Shown: one piece after another, positions 36,556 to 49,506 of the stretch
Numbering within the stretch: position 1 is the first letter of the stretch
Layout of the letters: every line of letters begins with the position of its first letter
Assembly: GCA_964252035.1 (NCBI GenBank)
Contig: OZ176204.1
DNA from: Podarcis erhardii
Lineage: Eukaryota
Direction: 5' to 3' (one strand)
Length of the DNA stretch: 64,000 nt
The notes under the pieces: model-generated
Told to the model about the DNA's origin: nothing
The model's database searches: none
What the model saw: only the letters and a program-made list of their open reading frames with translations
Made by a program: the position numbers and the translations under genes

Positions 36556-39500
36556 GTATGGAACAACAAGTGACAAAAAGTGTAAACCCCACCCCCAGCT
36601 TTCTACTAACCTATAAATAAATTTAGACTAATATTAATTAGTGTGTGATACAGGGACATTGAACTCATTTGCACCTGATCCTTAAGAGTCTTATGGGTGC
36701 TACACTAAATATATAATGTGAAAAGATGGGGAGAGGGATTTCCCTGGAAAACCCTGTAGTTTGGAATGTATAACCTCAGACTCTGGGATTTCAAATCCCT
36801 GGAGTCTACATTCCATTGAAGTGCAAACTCCCAGGTTTTCCTGTGTTTCTTTCTCATTTGGACCCCTCCCATGCATGCCTAACACAGAACCTCTAAGCTT
36901 TGCTTTAACGTATCTAGAGTTCATAAAGACATTTAGGGTTTATCATAGGAGCTTTATGAAGGGAGATTTTTTCCCGTGTGTACATGCTGTTCCTCCGATT
37001 TCCCCCTTTTAAGAGCTTTTGGCCCCCGAAACCACAATGCACTTTTTGAATTCAGAGAGTTTAAACAGGAAGTTGAGGTTTCTTTGGGACACTTTTTGAG
37101 AAGGAAAGTGAGGATTTGGATATTTCTCCTTAGTTTCTAGTCAAAAATATTATCATTTCTTTATGAATATATTTATATGCTGCTATATCATAAAAATCAA
37201 GTACGGTTTCGACCACAGTATCTATATACAATAAAACTTTGTAAAAACTTAAAATCAGAGACCATCACCTATTATTGAAATGTGTTTTCTTAATTGCCTG
37301 CATAAGCTTGGCAGCATGGAAAAGTTTTCAGCAGGCATTTAAAGGTTAAAACAAAAGCTGCTTGCTGAGGAATGTGTCCAAGGAATTGGTCTACAGGGGC
37401 AGAGTTAAGAGATTACAAATAACATTGTCTTCGTAATCTCATTCAAATCAATGTGTTAAATTGACTGCTGCAATGAAGCCTGACTTGTTTAAGGATTTTC
37501 TTACTTCAACACCTTTTCACTGTATCTAATTAGGATAGGAAACCAAAGATACAGACAGGGTGAGTCATATTATTAGAAAACCTGAGGCAGCCACATTTGG
37601 CAGCAGGTGCTGGGGGACATACTCTGCGATCAGACATACACATTATCCTGAGCTGGTGCCCAGGCATTGGCACCACTGCTGCTGAATTGCAATGTTTGTT
37701 TGACCAGGTAGTGAGCAGGTGCCAGGTGGCACAGTGCATGAGTGAGGCAAGGTGTTTGAGGTCATAGCTGTGGGGCCACATAGCCTGTCCTGCACTTCCT
37801 AAGGTAGCCTCCTGCCCTTAGCTGCAATGGAAGATGTTATCCTGTTGCCAGTGTTGGAGCAAGAGTCAGTTGCCAGTCCTATGGACTTCTGTTCATGGAA
37901 CTGAGTGAAGGGACATGAATCCATCATCTCAGGCTGCAAAATGTCCTTAAAGTTCTTGATTTCAATACATAGCACAAGCAGATTTCCAAATAAATGAAGT
38001 TAAAAGTGGCCTATTAGCATCATATTTGTGCCTTAAGATAGTAATTTTATTTTCCATGCTTTTTTCATTTTTAAAAACACTTTTTTTTTGGTTAAAACCC
38101 AATATGTATCGTCATATTATCTGTCCACATGATTATTTAAATACAATAACTGTTGGTTACCTGTTAACGGTTGGTTGCATACACAAGCCTGATTCTCTTG
38201 TTAGCTGGGGAACTCAGTGTGAGGTGATTTTACAACATCACATCAATGTTACCTTTTTTTGTCAGCATTGTGTGATCATGTCAGCATAAAGAGATTTTTG
38301 CAATGCCAGCTTTATGGAGGGAGGATCTCACAGTGGTGATTTTCCCTTCAAAATTATTCTATGACTGCACCCTAAGTATATTATTAAAATTAATATTAAA
38401 TGACTGGGTAACAAATTCCACATATACTGTGACACAAATGAGGATGAGGGCTTGTTCGCCATGGGTCATAGTAAGCATTAGCTCTGACTATAATAGGGTG
38501 TATGAAGCCAGCATACTCAATATATGAAATGGCCATAGCTAAAATCATCTCATACTGACTTCACCAAATCCAGAAGGCACAGGTGAATTGGACCTACAGC
38601 AGGCATTTGGGGATCTCTAAAGAAAATAATTTATTCTTCTAACATGGAATGTGGTCAGCTTGATAAGAAACAGGAAACAGTTATATTACATTTTGGAAAA
38701 TGTTAGCAACGTCTGCTAAAGGTTCAAAATGCGGAAGGACCCAGGGGCAGCAGAGATTTCATAGGGTGGGTGTGTGTGTGCTTTGAGCAAGGAAAAGTGA
38801 CTTCAGGAGCTGGCTGTTTTCAGCAAGCAGTAGTGGCAGGAGAGAAGAGGGTGCCTAATCTTACTCCTGTGTACCATTTTCCCACTGCAATGCTTCTCCC
38901 TGCAAACTGGGCTCCAGACTCATGCTTGTGAGAAGACAGAAAAAAATATACATCTAGAACAGTGTTTGGGGAAAAGCAGGCTGGGGAGCAGGAACTTGCA
39001 GCAGGAAAATGGCAGGCGGGAGGGGTTATGTACACTCTTGAAGCCGTTTCTGCTTCTTAAAATCATCGTTTGATATTTAAATGCATGTATATGCATGTAA
39101 TATCTAGCTAAGCTCATGGTTCTGTACTCATGGTCATGATACATTAGGTGTGGGGAACCTTTGGGTCTCCAGATGTTACTAAACTACAACTGCCATCAGC
39201 AGCTTGTCCACTGGCCAAGGATGTTGGGAGCAACACCTGGAAAGCCAATGGTTCACCACATCTGCTTTATACACCATTGTCCCCATGTCCATTTTGCTTG
39301 CATATCTTACCCTTCCTATTCACATTTCCAGTGTTTCCCTATTTTAAAAATCCATAATCGTTTGCAGTCTTTGCAAAATAACTGAATTAATATGCTTGGG
39401 TTAATACTTTATTTTAGGTTTTACTTACTGTGGAACCTGAAATGTTATTTATCTTAAATGTAGTTCTTCTGATTGGCAGAGTGCTTTACACAACAGCCTT

Positions 39501-40905
39501 GTAAGCTGGGTCAATATTATGTATGTTTCACAGAAGAAGAAAAACTTCATAGCACAGTCTTAGCCATTCTGCTCAGAAATAAGTCCCACTGAGTTCAGTG
39601 AGACTTAAACCCAAGTGAATGTATATATGATTACAGCCTGAAATAATGTCCAGGGTTTCTAGATTCAAGACCAAATGTTTATCCAACCACTATTCTTGAT
39701 TATTTCTTAGATCTTTTCAAAACTTTAAAAAAGTCCTTAACCATTGATTCAGGGCTTTTGTTGTTTTCTTGCAATAGTATATTATATACCTCTCCTTGGT
39801 GAACCTGTGGAGAGTGCAAGAGAGAGAGAGAGAAAGAAATTCTAAAACTTTAGCTATGCCTACCTCATACATAGAGTTGTGGGAATAAAATGCAGAGGGG
39901 AAGAACCATGTACCCCACTTTGAGCTCAGTGGAGGAAAGGTGGGTTATAAATGTAATAATAACAACATATATCACTAAAAACATGGGCCAAATCTCAGCT
40001 TCCCATTGGTAACTGGAAATGGAGTTGCTCAAATCTTTTATCCTAAAGCTTTTATTAAAAGAGCCCACCTAATTCCCAAGTTCTTTATGATATTATTCCC
40101 TGTAGTTACAACTGACAAAGTTTTAATTTACTTAATGGAGTTGGACGTAGAGGTGCCCTTTAGAAAGTGGAAGTCCCCTTATATAAGCATAAGGGCTATT
40201 TTGAACATAGCACAAGATACTTATTGTGAGAGCTGAAATCCAATGGTACACTTCTGTAACACAAGTTTTTGCTCAAACTTCAAGATGCTTGCTTATGCAA
40301 GTCCAAGTTGTGCAAAGTCTTCCTCTAGATTTTGTACAAAAGTTTTGGGGACAGAATTTTGCCAGAACTTTTTCTACTGGCGCCTCAGGATCCAGCCCAC
40401 AATGTGTACGAGATTCACCTACCACTTGAAAAAATTAGCTAAAACGTGCAAAATTACTATTTAGAAAATTGAAGCCCTGGGCCAAATTAGCTCTACCATG
40501 GCTTCTCAGTTAGGAACACAAAGATACAAGCAATGGTTGCATCGATGGGACTTTACCAAATATCTATTTTCAGGAGTTTGGCCGTCGGCACTCAGTTTTC
40601 CTCAATATAGCCCTCTAGTAAAATAAGTGAAACCACAGTATTTACAGTATATGTCACACTTAGGAGGTAACAAAAATTTGGGTTCTACACAGAAGGTGAC
40701 AGAGTTAAACTGGAGATAAGTATATAATGGCTATTTCTGAAACAAAATTGATAGAACGTCTGGCTATGTGTTTAGTGGAGTTTAGTTTTGTTATTCAGCA
40801 AGCAAATTTTATTCGGCAGGCCTAAGGAGACATGGGTAATGGTTGTCAATCCTTGTGTACAGTTGTGCAAGAAGCTCTCTTTGTGCTGTGGTTTTGTGGA
40901 AGTAG

Positions 40906-40997
40906 GTTCTGACATGCGCCGCAGATCCACTGGCAGAGATGAAGATCTTGAGGAGCTTCAGAGACGTCGGCAGCTACAGGAGGAACAACTGATGAAG
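40906..40997 (+). CDS. ABLIM1: ABLIM1 exon (GSDMRRRSTGRDEDLEELQRRRQLQEEQLMK), coiled-coil region
   Basis: aagtAG / GTggtt, 92 nt, phase 1-0. Confidence 0.95.
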
Positions 40998-41091
40998 GTG
41001 GTTATGATATTGATGTAAATAACTCATCTGTGCCAATTGAACTGGATGTTTTCAATAGCTTACGTACAATTTTTAATTCCCATTTTTGCAG

Positions 41092-41188
41092 CTCAACTCA
41101 GGTCTGGGACAATTGATATTAAAAGAAGAAATGGAGAAGGAAAGGTCTTCACTTCCCAGCAGCCGTTACGACTCTCCAGTTAATTCAT
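41092..41188 (+). CDS. ABLIM1: ABLIM1 exon (LNSGLGQLILKEEMEKERSSLPSSRYDSPVNS)
   Basis: tttgcAG / GTaagc, 97 nt, phase 0-1; SGLGQLILKEEMEK family motif. Confidence 0.97.
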
Positions 41189-42311
41189 GTAAGCGAAAAG
41201 CATACATGGGTGGTCTATGGGAAATGATGGATTAGGCTGCCTAAAATAAAACCAGTTTTTTCATCTATTCTATTGCTGGTTCTGCAAAAAGAGGTTGATC
41301 AGTGCCGCACATGTGAAGCTGTTTTTATCACTCCTGTGTTCACTGTCTGCCGTTTTATCGCTGGCTGTTTTTCACAATACATTCTCAGAATGCCTTGTGC
41401 AAGAATTGAGGTTTCCCGATTCCAGATCCTTGGCACATCTTAAATAAATCAAATGAGGAAATATATTCCCAGATTGCAGAGGAAATATAATGATGTTGTT
41501 TGAAAGTCTGCTGATCCATGAGATCAGAATTTTTATGAACAGTACGAAAATTGTTGGTGCTGATTTCTTGGGAAAGCTTCCTTTGCTTTGGTCTGTAAAG
41601 AAACAGAAAAATATTGGCGGTATGTTGCTTACTCCAATTAATCTTCAACTAGTTCTCAAATTAGAAAAAAAAATGATGTGGTTGGCAGTAACTTAAACAA
41701 GTTAAAAAAAATAGCCTTGTATAGAGCCTGAAGTTTAACGACTAATTCAGATTATTCTTTTTTTTAAAAAACAACCCTCATTTGCATCAAGATTTAAAAA
41801 GCAACAGCATTTAGAAAACAAATACTGAGTTGCACATTTTACAACAAGCATCTTTTATGAGATTATGATTGCTCACTTGCCTAAATGAATAACATATAAA
41901 ATGTAGATTACTGCTGAGGTCACGGCAATATTAGTGTTCCTGAAAAGCCAACAAGCTAGGTCAGGAAATCATGTTTAAAAAGTGGCATACACCTTGTTGA
42001 TATTTATGCTTCTCATAGCCTTTTAGCCTTTCCCACATTGGGAGAGGAAATCAGCACTGCCTCAGGGAGCAGGGCAGCACATTCCAAAGTGCTGGATCAT
42101 AGAAAACGGAATCACTGGCTCACCAGACAGGTCGTATGGGCAAACTATGATACATTCCAGAGAAAGACTGCATTTTATAATTACTGCTTAACTGTTTGTT
42201 TATAGGAGGATGTATATGATTCTGTATAATTGGATTGTATATCCTTCATGCACTTTTCCAAACTCTAAGATGGAAGTACTTGTGACAAAAGCACAACTGC
42301 TTACCTAGTAA

Positions 42312-42651
42312 TGGTAAAAGGTAAAGGACCCCTGGATGGTTAGGTCCAGTCAAAGGTGACTGTGGGGTTGTGGCACTCATCTTGCTTTTAGGCTGGGGGA
42401 GCTGGCATTGGTCCACAGACAGCTTTCCGGGTCATGTGGCCAGCATGACTAAACCGCTTCTGGCGCAACGGAACACCGTGACAGAAGCCAGAGTGCACGG
42501 AAATGCCATTTCCCTTCCCACCACAGCGGTACTTATTTATCTACTTGCACTGGCGTGCTTTCGAACTACTAGGTTGGCAGGAGCTGGGACAGAGCAACAG
42601 GAACTCACCCCAATGCGGGTAGCGCTGTGGTCTAAACCACTGAGCCTTTTG
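42312..42651 (-). mobile_element. Sauria SINE (longer subfamily) with inverted 5' head
   Basis: Minus-strand tail/body 42312-~42612, then head GCGGGTAGCGCTGTGGTCTAAACCACTGAGCCT on + strand; TSD TGCTTACCTA(G/C)TAA at 42298-42311 and 42652-42665. Confidence 0.9.
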
Positions 42652-43135
42652 TGCTTACCTACTAACTGTGGGCTAAAAAAGAAGTGCATTTTAAGCAACA
42701 TAGAGGATTGTATACCCCAATCGTTTTGAAGAGAAACAGGACAGGAGGCTTTGTGACCCCTGAAAATGGCTTTCCTTAAGACAGAAATGTAAGCAGGTGG
42801 GGGTGAGTGGGCTAGTTCCATCACCCCTCGGTCACCATTCAATCACCTTCCAACTTCTAGAAGATGAGCAGCAGGGAACATTTCTATAGCCCATGCAGCA
42901 CCCCTGCACGTTTCAGAATGCTGAACCTCCACCCTCCTAAACTAAATTCAATATTATAAGGCCAAGTTTGCTTCAAACTTATAATTTCAAGATTCCTTTT
43001 GGAGAAAATCTTGTGGGTTCTTTTAACTGATTTCTAAAATGTTCTGACTTTGACTTTTTGAATGTGTGTGCTGTTGTTTCTGACCTAACATAAATTGTTA
43101 CGTTTTTAATATTTCCTTCTCCCTTTTCTGTTTAG

Positions 43136-43200
43136 CTCCACATGCAGCTGCTTCCAAAACCTCTTCCCTTCCTGGCTATGGGAGAAATGGACTTCATAGG
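43136..43200 (+). CDS. ABLIM1: ABLIM1 exon (SPHAAASKTSSLPGYGRNGLHR)
   Basis: tttAG / GTaaac, 65 nt, phase 1-0; SLPGYGRNGLHR family motif. Confidence 0.97.
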
Positions 43201-43589
43201 GTAAACAGTCAACATTTATTATAAGACAGGGTCATATGTGTTGTTATTCTATTAGGAATTTCATGGAGTCTCTACATGGTATTGATTGAAAGTAGGTGGC
43301 CCTAAACCCTTTATCTGTTCTGGAGTTCAGGAAATGCAAGTGATTATAGATTCACGTAGCTTCCCAAGTATTGCTCTCTCAATGCATTCAAACAAGGATG
43401 GGTACATTCAGAGTACTGTATGCCATATTTCTGAACCATCCTAAAATAGTTGAAGGCATCAGATACAACTGGGCTTTAGTTAATACTACATTATCTCTCC
43501 ATTTCTGAAAATCCTTAAAATAACAATGTAGCACAAAAGGAACGCAAGGGGAATTCTTATGCAGTGGTGCAATATTAGAAACCGATGTA

Positions 43590-43827
43590 CAGTGGAACCT
43601 CGGTTGTTGAATATGATCCGTTCCAGAAGACCGTTCGACTTCTGAAACGTTTGACAACCAAGGTGCAAAGGGAGAATGTCAATTTCAGTGGTGAAAATTG
43701 AAAAACACACCACGGAAGCCATTCAACTTCCGAGACATGTTCGAAAACGGAAGCAATCACTTCTGGGTTTTCAGCAGAAAACTGAAATGTTTGGCTTCCA
43801 AGATGCTCGAAAACCGAGGTTCCACTG
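43590..43827. mobile_element. Tc1/mariner (Tigger-like) MITE
   Basis: TIR CAGTGGAACCTCGGTT / AACCGAGGTTCCACTG flanked by TA on both sides. Confidence 0.9.
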
Positions 43828-44231
43828 TATATTCTTCATGTATCTTAAGCAATACATCAGATGATATTTGCTTCAACATTTTTTGGGGAATTCCATCCCC
43901 AAACTTTTAAAATATAATTCAGAAAAACCTAATGCCACCAGTTGGGTATCAATAATTTGATGCCTGAGTTTGTTTCTTTTCCTCTTCCTTCCCATCACTT
44001 TATCTTCTGTGCTGTGTTGTAAGCCTGAGTGCAAGCACTCTGCTATTTTTATTGATTTGTAAGCTGCTGTGGAAGCTTTTCTGGCTGAAGAATGGGTTGT
44101 ACATGCTTTGAGGGGAAAATCAGGCCTGGCCCAAGATACTTCAGCATTTGAGGTAAAGACCTAATGAATCCAGAATTGTTCCCCTGGCAGCAAAAGTACA
44201 ATGATCAATTGCTGACTACTCCATACCCTTT

Positions 44232-44502
44232 AGGTAAAGGTAAGGGGACCCCTGACCGTTAGGTCCAGTCGTGACCAACTCTGGGGTTGCAGCGCTTATC
44301 TCGCTTTACTATCCGAGGGATCCGGCGTACAGCTTCCGGGTCATGTGGCCAGCATGACTAAGCCGCTTCTGGCGAACCAGAGCAGCACACGGAAACACTG
44401 TTTACCTTCCCACCAGAGCGGTACCTATTTGTCTAATTGCACTGTGACGTGCTTTCGAACTGCTAGGTTGGCAGGAGTAGGGACTGAGCAACGGGAGCTC
44501 AC
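44232..44502 (-). mobile_element. Sauria SINE, 5'-truncated
   Basis: Highly similar to 19009-19361 from tail to GAGCTCAC; no head, no clear TSD. Confidence 0.9.
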
Positions 44503-44715
44503 TGTGGCTTTTCACCTCTTTGGGATCTTTGCTACTTCTCCCCGCTCATTCAAGTGTTTCCTGTTTCACAGACCCAATGCTTCAGTACAGTCATCTCTTC
44601 CCCACTCCCCTATTTTCTCTTCTTCTGTGGTCTGTTTTTATGTGCATATGCTGCATATTTTTGACACCTCCAGATCAACAATGTGGTTGACGTGTCCATT
44701 TGTGTCTTCTTCTAG

Positions 44716-44776
44716 CCGGTCTCTACAGACTTTGGTCAGTACAACAGCTATGGGGATGTGAGCAGCGCTGCTCGAG
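44716..44776 (+). CDS. ABLIM1: ABLIM1 exon (PVSTDFGQYNSYGDVSSAAR)
   Basis: ttctAG / GTaaca, 61 nt, phase 0-1. Confidence 0.96.
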
Positions 44777-45059
44777 GTAACACGATGAGAAATATGGTTT
44801 TCTTTTGTGTGCTGCTATATCTGTAACCTATACGCTTGGGTTTTTGTGGCCTGCTTTTGTGGTTAGTCTATTCTCATAGCAGACTGGTGAGCACCTTACT
44901 TATCCCTGCAATGTACACATTTTTGTTCTTGCAAATGAATCTGGTTCTTCAGCACTGAGAACAAGTTAAAATAAAGAGGGGAATGTGTACATTAAAACCG
45001 TATTATATTTTATGCATATGGATCTGTATTTTTGTCTGCTTGATTCTGATCATTTAGTT

Positions 45060-45183
45060 CAGTATTTCCCAAACTTGGGTCTCCAGCTATTTTTTCAACT
45101 ACAGTTCTCATCATCCCTGACCTGCTAACTGGGGGTGATGGGAGTTATAGTCCAAAAAAGCTGGAGACCCAGGTTTGGGAAAC
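45060..45183. mobile_element. hAT-type fold-back MITE
   Basis: TTTCCCAAACTTGGGTCTCCAGCT / AGCTGGAGACCCAGGTTTGGGAAA arms; 8-bp TSD ATTTAGTT at 45052-45059 and 45184-45191. Confidence 0.8.
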
Positions 45184-45295
45184 ATTTAGTTGATTCCTGC
45201 AAGTTAGGAGCTCGGGGATTAAATGAAACACGTATTGTTTGGCATCCTGATCCTGATGCTGTTTCTCTCCCCACCCCATCCCCATCACTTTTCAG

Positions 45296-45303
45296 ATTTT
45301 CAG
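45296..45303 (+). CDS. ABLIM1: ABLIM1 8-nt microexon ATTTTCAG (D-F-Q)
   Basis: ttttcAG|ATTTTCAG|GTacag after a C/T tract; bridges the phase 1 to phase 0 mismatch between flanking exons and gives DFQ, matching recalled mammalian DYQ. Confidence 0.85.
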
Positions 45304-46469
45304 GTACAGTACAGATTTTCTTCCATCAAGTAACCAAGTATCTAACCAACTTCATCGACAATTCATCCACTATGTGACTCAAGTCTGAATTTCCGCTACA
45401 GGGAAGAGTTTATTAGCACATGTTTATCTGCATGTTTCATTTCTAACCAATGATGTAAACTTATATCACTGTGGAAAAGGGCACAGCTAACACAATAACT
45501 TGCATAGGCCAGTTTTGTGACTTGCTTGGTAAGCTTTTGGAAGACTGACCTGAAAGCCACCTGTGGCAGTTGTTTCTCCATCAGGTTTCTCCTGATCTCT
45601 CTGGTTCCAAACAAGGGAGGTCCAGACAATAACTCTCCTCTTTCTGAAGCCATACCATCTTCCTATTTTCCACATATGATTCCCTGACCTTTCCTCCTTT
45701 GTATGTGGTTGTGGACATGGAAGAAATAGCCAGCAAATGACCTCATATAACACTGACATGATCCATTGATTGACCAATAAAAAGGGTTGTTGTTTCTTCT
45801 AAACGCCAGCCCTAACTCTAAATTCTATGTAAAATTCTTATGAAGAGATGATCTGGACAGAATCTTTATTGCATATTATGCTATTAATGTGGAAAGTCTT
45901 TTCCAGCCTGGGATAGGTAGGAACTTGCCATTTTACTGGGCAGATTTTTTTACAACAGGGCAAAAACTTCAGAGTAAAGTATAGCTGGAAAAGTAACATA
46001 GAAGATGACAAGTCAGTTCTGTGAGACAATATTGCCCGTCATTCCTCTTCCTCCCCTACAAACTGATTTATTAATACCAGATACTGGGGGGAAATGCTGT
46101 TGCCTGCTAGCCCTGTTTATAAGCTTCCCAGAGGCATCTAGCCAGCCACTCTTGGAAACGGAATGCTGGATCTGATGGATCTTTGGTCTGATCCAGTAAG
46201 GTCAATTCTTTGGTCCTTAGAACCAGAAAGATACTCTTAACTTGCTGCTTAATCTTTACTACTAGGAATGCTTTTGTTGGACACCATAGAAACCAGATTG
46301 TTAACTTGCTTAAGGAGTACGTAATCATAGTATTCCATTGGCTGATGTAAAGATCTAACATGGGATCATAGTATAAATTCATGTCCATGTTCACCTTGAA
46401 TGCCTTTACCCTTTCTATGTGTGTGTGCATGTAACCTGTGTGTCTGATGTTTACCTATATCTGATACAG

Positions 46470-46544
46470 TCCCTCCCAGATGGTCATGTCCCCGGAATGC
46501 GAATGGACCGAGGAGTGTCTATGCCTAACATGTTGGAACCAAAG
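46470..46544 (+). CDS. ABLIM1: ABLIM1 exon (SLPDGHVPGMRMDRGVSMPNMLEPK), GC donor
   Basis: atacAG / AAG|GCaagt, 75 nt, phase 0-0; MDRGVSMPNMLEPK motif. Confidence 0.95.
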
Positions 46545-48790
46545 GCAAGTGCAGACATTATTCACTTTCCTTCAAGACAGTGCTGGTTTGCCTATGAAAT
46601 GGTGGTAGTTTGTGCTTGTAGCCCTGTGGTCTGTCCCCCCCCCCCAAAAAATGTTGCTCCTTATGTGCCAGCCCTATCTTGCTTTGGACTGTAGGACATA
46701 TGTCATTAATGTATACAGGGCAAGAGCAGCTAATATTCCCTGGGGAATAGACAGCAGCATTCAGTAAAACTTGAAACTGGTAAGCTTTCAGCACCAAGCT
46801 TCTGACAGCCACAGTTATAAGAACCCACAGGGCACAGTCTGTAACTGAGCAGTGGTACCTGCTAACACCCCTTTCAGCAAGGAGCCACATCTTTACCTAC
46901 CCCACCTCCAGTCCTTTTTTTCAAGAAAAATAGGTGCTGGAACTCACCATTAAGTTGTTACAGTAAGTGACTCAAGGCAGCCCTAAACAGATGCCTGCTT
47001 GAAAGAAACCATGTTCACTGCCTGCAGAGATGCTAAAAAAAACTGACGGCAAACTGTCTCCCTAGCTAGTTTGGGGGTTTCCCCTTGTTCTGGTGCAGGT
47101 CAAATAAATGCACCTCCACTTCCCTCGTTCTCTTCTATTCAGGCCCTCGCACAATTGCACATAGGTGCAATGGTAGAGACCTGGCAGCAAAGCTTAAAGC
47201 CTGCTGCCACTACACAATGGGTTGATTGAAGAAAAGGAACTATGAATTGGCCCCACCCCATAGCCTGTCCAGTCACAGCTAGGAGCGACTAGGAGCTAGG
47301 TGGAGTCATGGATCTTAAGAAAAAGTGTAGACTCACACATGTTGGACAGCTTCCATTTTGACTTGAAATGTTCATTTTGGGCTTCTCAGAAGTATGTAAA
47401 GGCAAGAGGTGAGTGGGGAGATCTGCGTTCTGGCACACTCCTGCTGAAAAAAAGCACTGCGCACCACTGATGTCACGTGTGACATCAGGTTAGGGCAGGT
47501 GGAAAGCCTTGCAGCAGGACCTCCTGCTGAACCTGATTAGGCCCACAGGTCATAAATTCCTCACTACTGTCATAATAGTTGATCTTTAAAACAATGGGGC
47601 TGTATCTAATGAACTTGTCCCACCAGCACAAGAATGTATGCTTGTGCAACATAACTTTCCACCTCTCCTTGCCTGGTGCTCCCTAAATCTCTTCTAGGGG
47701 ATTCCTCAACTCTCCAAAGCAGATTTGGGGAGGCCATGTATGGGAAGTTTATGGGAGATGGGAGGTTTAGCATAAATCCTTGTACTGACGAGATGCGTTA
47801 GCTTGATGCCAACCATGAAAGCAACCAACCTGAGAATTCTGCCCAATTTTGGACTCAAAATATTTTTAAAAGCACTTAAGAGCACTACTCTGTGGTTTTG
47901 TAAAATATAAGAATATAATTAATGACTTCAAAGTTCTCAGCAAAGTTTGTAGAATTTTGTCTAATTTTGTTACAATAATGTATGTTAGTTTTATGTTGCA
48001 TTGTATAGCATTAAAATATGTATCTAAAGTTATATAGTAAAGCGAATTGTATAATTGTCATATTCCACTACCAATTCTCTTCCAAGCTGTATATAAAGTA
48101 CACATCATTTAAATAATTACAATAAACTAAGTGGTATATGTTTGATGACTTTATCTTCTTTATTGTACTTCTGAAATCTTCATTAGGTGTTGCAGCTGAT
48201 AAAACAACTAGCGGTCTCAATTAGGTCCCACCATTTCATTGACAGTTTAAAAAAATTGACAAAAGTCTCTTACTACCTTCAAGGAGAGAAAAATTGGGCC
48301 CTGATCATTGGCATATTCAGCCAGTAGCTCAGATAAAGAACTCTTGTTTAGATATCCTGATAGAGCTAGAAAGGACTAGAAGTTTCATTTCCTCCTACTG
48401 GTACACCATATTCCGCATTATGGAAAACCTGATTGACGTTTGCTCCGTTTCAGCAGTAAAGAGTAGGTTTTCCTAGGGGAAAGCACTGGAACAAGCAGAA
48501 GTGTGGACAAAACAATCCATTTCTTATGCTGTGGTGACTGGTGTCCATTGGGGGTTAGTAGGGTAGAAAGGGAGTCAGTGGTAGATAGAGCCAATGACAA
48601 GCAGAGCCAATTCTAGTTTTGTCCCTATACCTGTTTGCCCCACACGTAAAAAACTCAAACTAAGGAGGAGGAAGGTGACAGCCACTGTATTAGTTGTAAG
48701 TAAGAAGGCAGGCAAGTTGGGGCTGACGGGGCAGACTGAGGTTGGTGGGACAGTGATCCATTTAGCAGAATAGACCAGCCTCTACTGCAT

Positions 48791-48933
48791 GGAGCTGCGG
48801 TAGGTCAGTTGGTAGAGCACAAGACTCTTAATGGGTTTGAGCTCCATGATTGGCAAAGGATTCCTGCATTGCAGGGGGTTCAAATAGATGACCCTCATGG
48901 TCTCTTTCAATACCACAGTTCTATGATTCTATG
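48791..48933 (+). mobile_element. tRNA-derived SINE with CR1-type tail
   Basis: gagctgcggtaggtcagttggtagagcacaagactcttaat head; TTCTATGATTCTATG tail. Confidence 0.78.
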
Positions 48934-49506
48934 TCTAGTAATAAGAGAAACTTGTCTACCATTACTATCTTCTAATCTAGAAACACCTATTAATTTGCTT
49001 AGTAAATTCCACAACACAGAAAACCACTGAATCAGCAGAAGAAGTTAGGTAGCTAGCCATGGTGGATATGTGAAAAAATCAGCTTCAACTGGACAGGACA
49101 AGGGTGGAAGAAAAGACACATGATTGAGATACTTGTTCAGACCTAACAATTGTACCTTCATTAATGAAGTAGTTATTTTTCATGTGAACAAACCAAATTG
49201 GGCAATGCCCCCATCAAGGATAATCCAGAAAATGAAATGGGATTATATGCAGTATCCACATATATTTTTAGTATGATGTTGTGCAAAAATGAAGTGGTAT
49301 AGACATCCTGCTAAGTATGGTTTATTTATTTTTTAAGGAACAAATGATTCAAGGAAACAGTGCACATTACACTCAAATACTTAAGGCAGCCTTTTAGCGA
49401 ACTTGAAGCTGTCTGCCAACAGTGACTGCATTCTGCTTGTGAGCTTAATGGTGTCTTTTTGGGGTGCTATAAATCTACATAAATGCTTCTTGTATACCAT
49501 TAACAG

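Noticed and set aside
44880-44892. Possible microexon tag|cag|actg|GTGAGC
   Set aside because: Lengths of 7 or 4 nt neither preserve frame nor replace the 8-nt exon
47786-47830. CTGACGA...GAAA hammerhead-like motif
   Set aside because: No convincing stem II, no UH cleavage site or stem I partner
48791-48850. tRNA-Lys gene
   Set aside because: Degenerate, anticodon/T-arm deleted, fused to a CR1-type tail: SINE head
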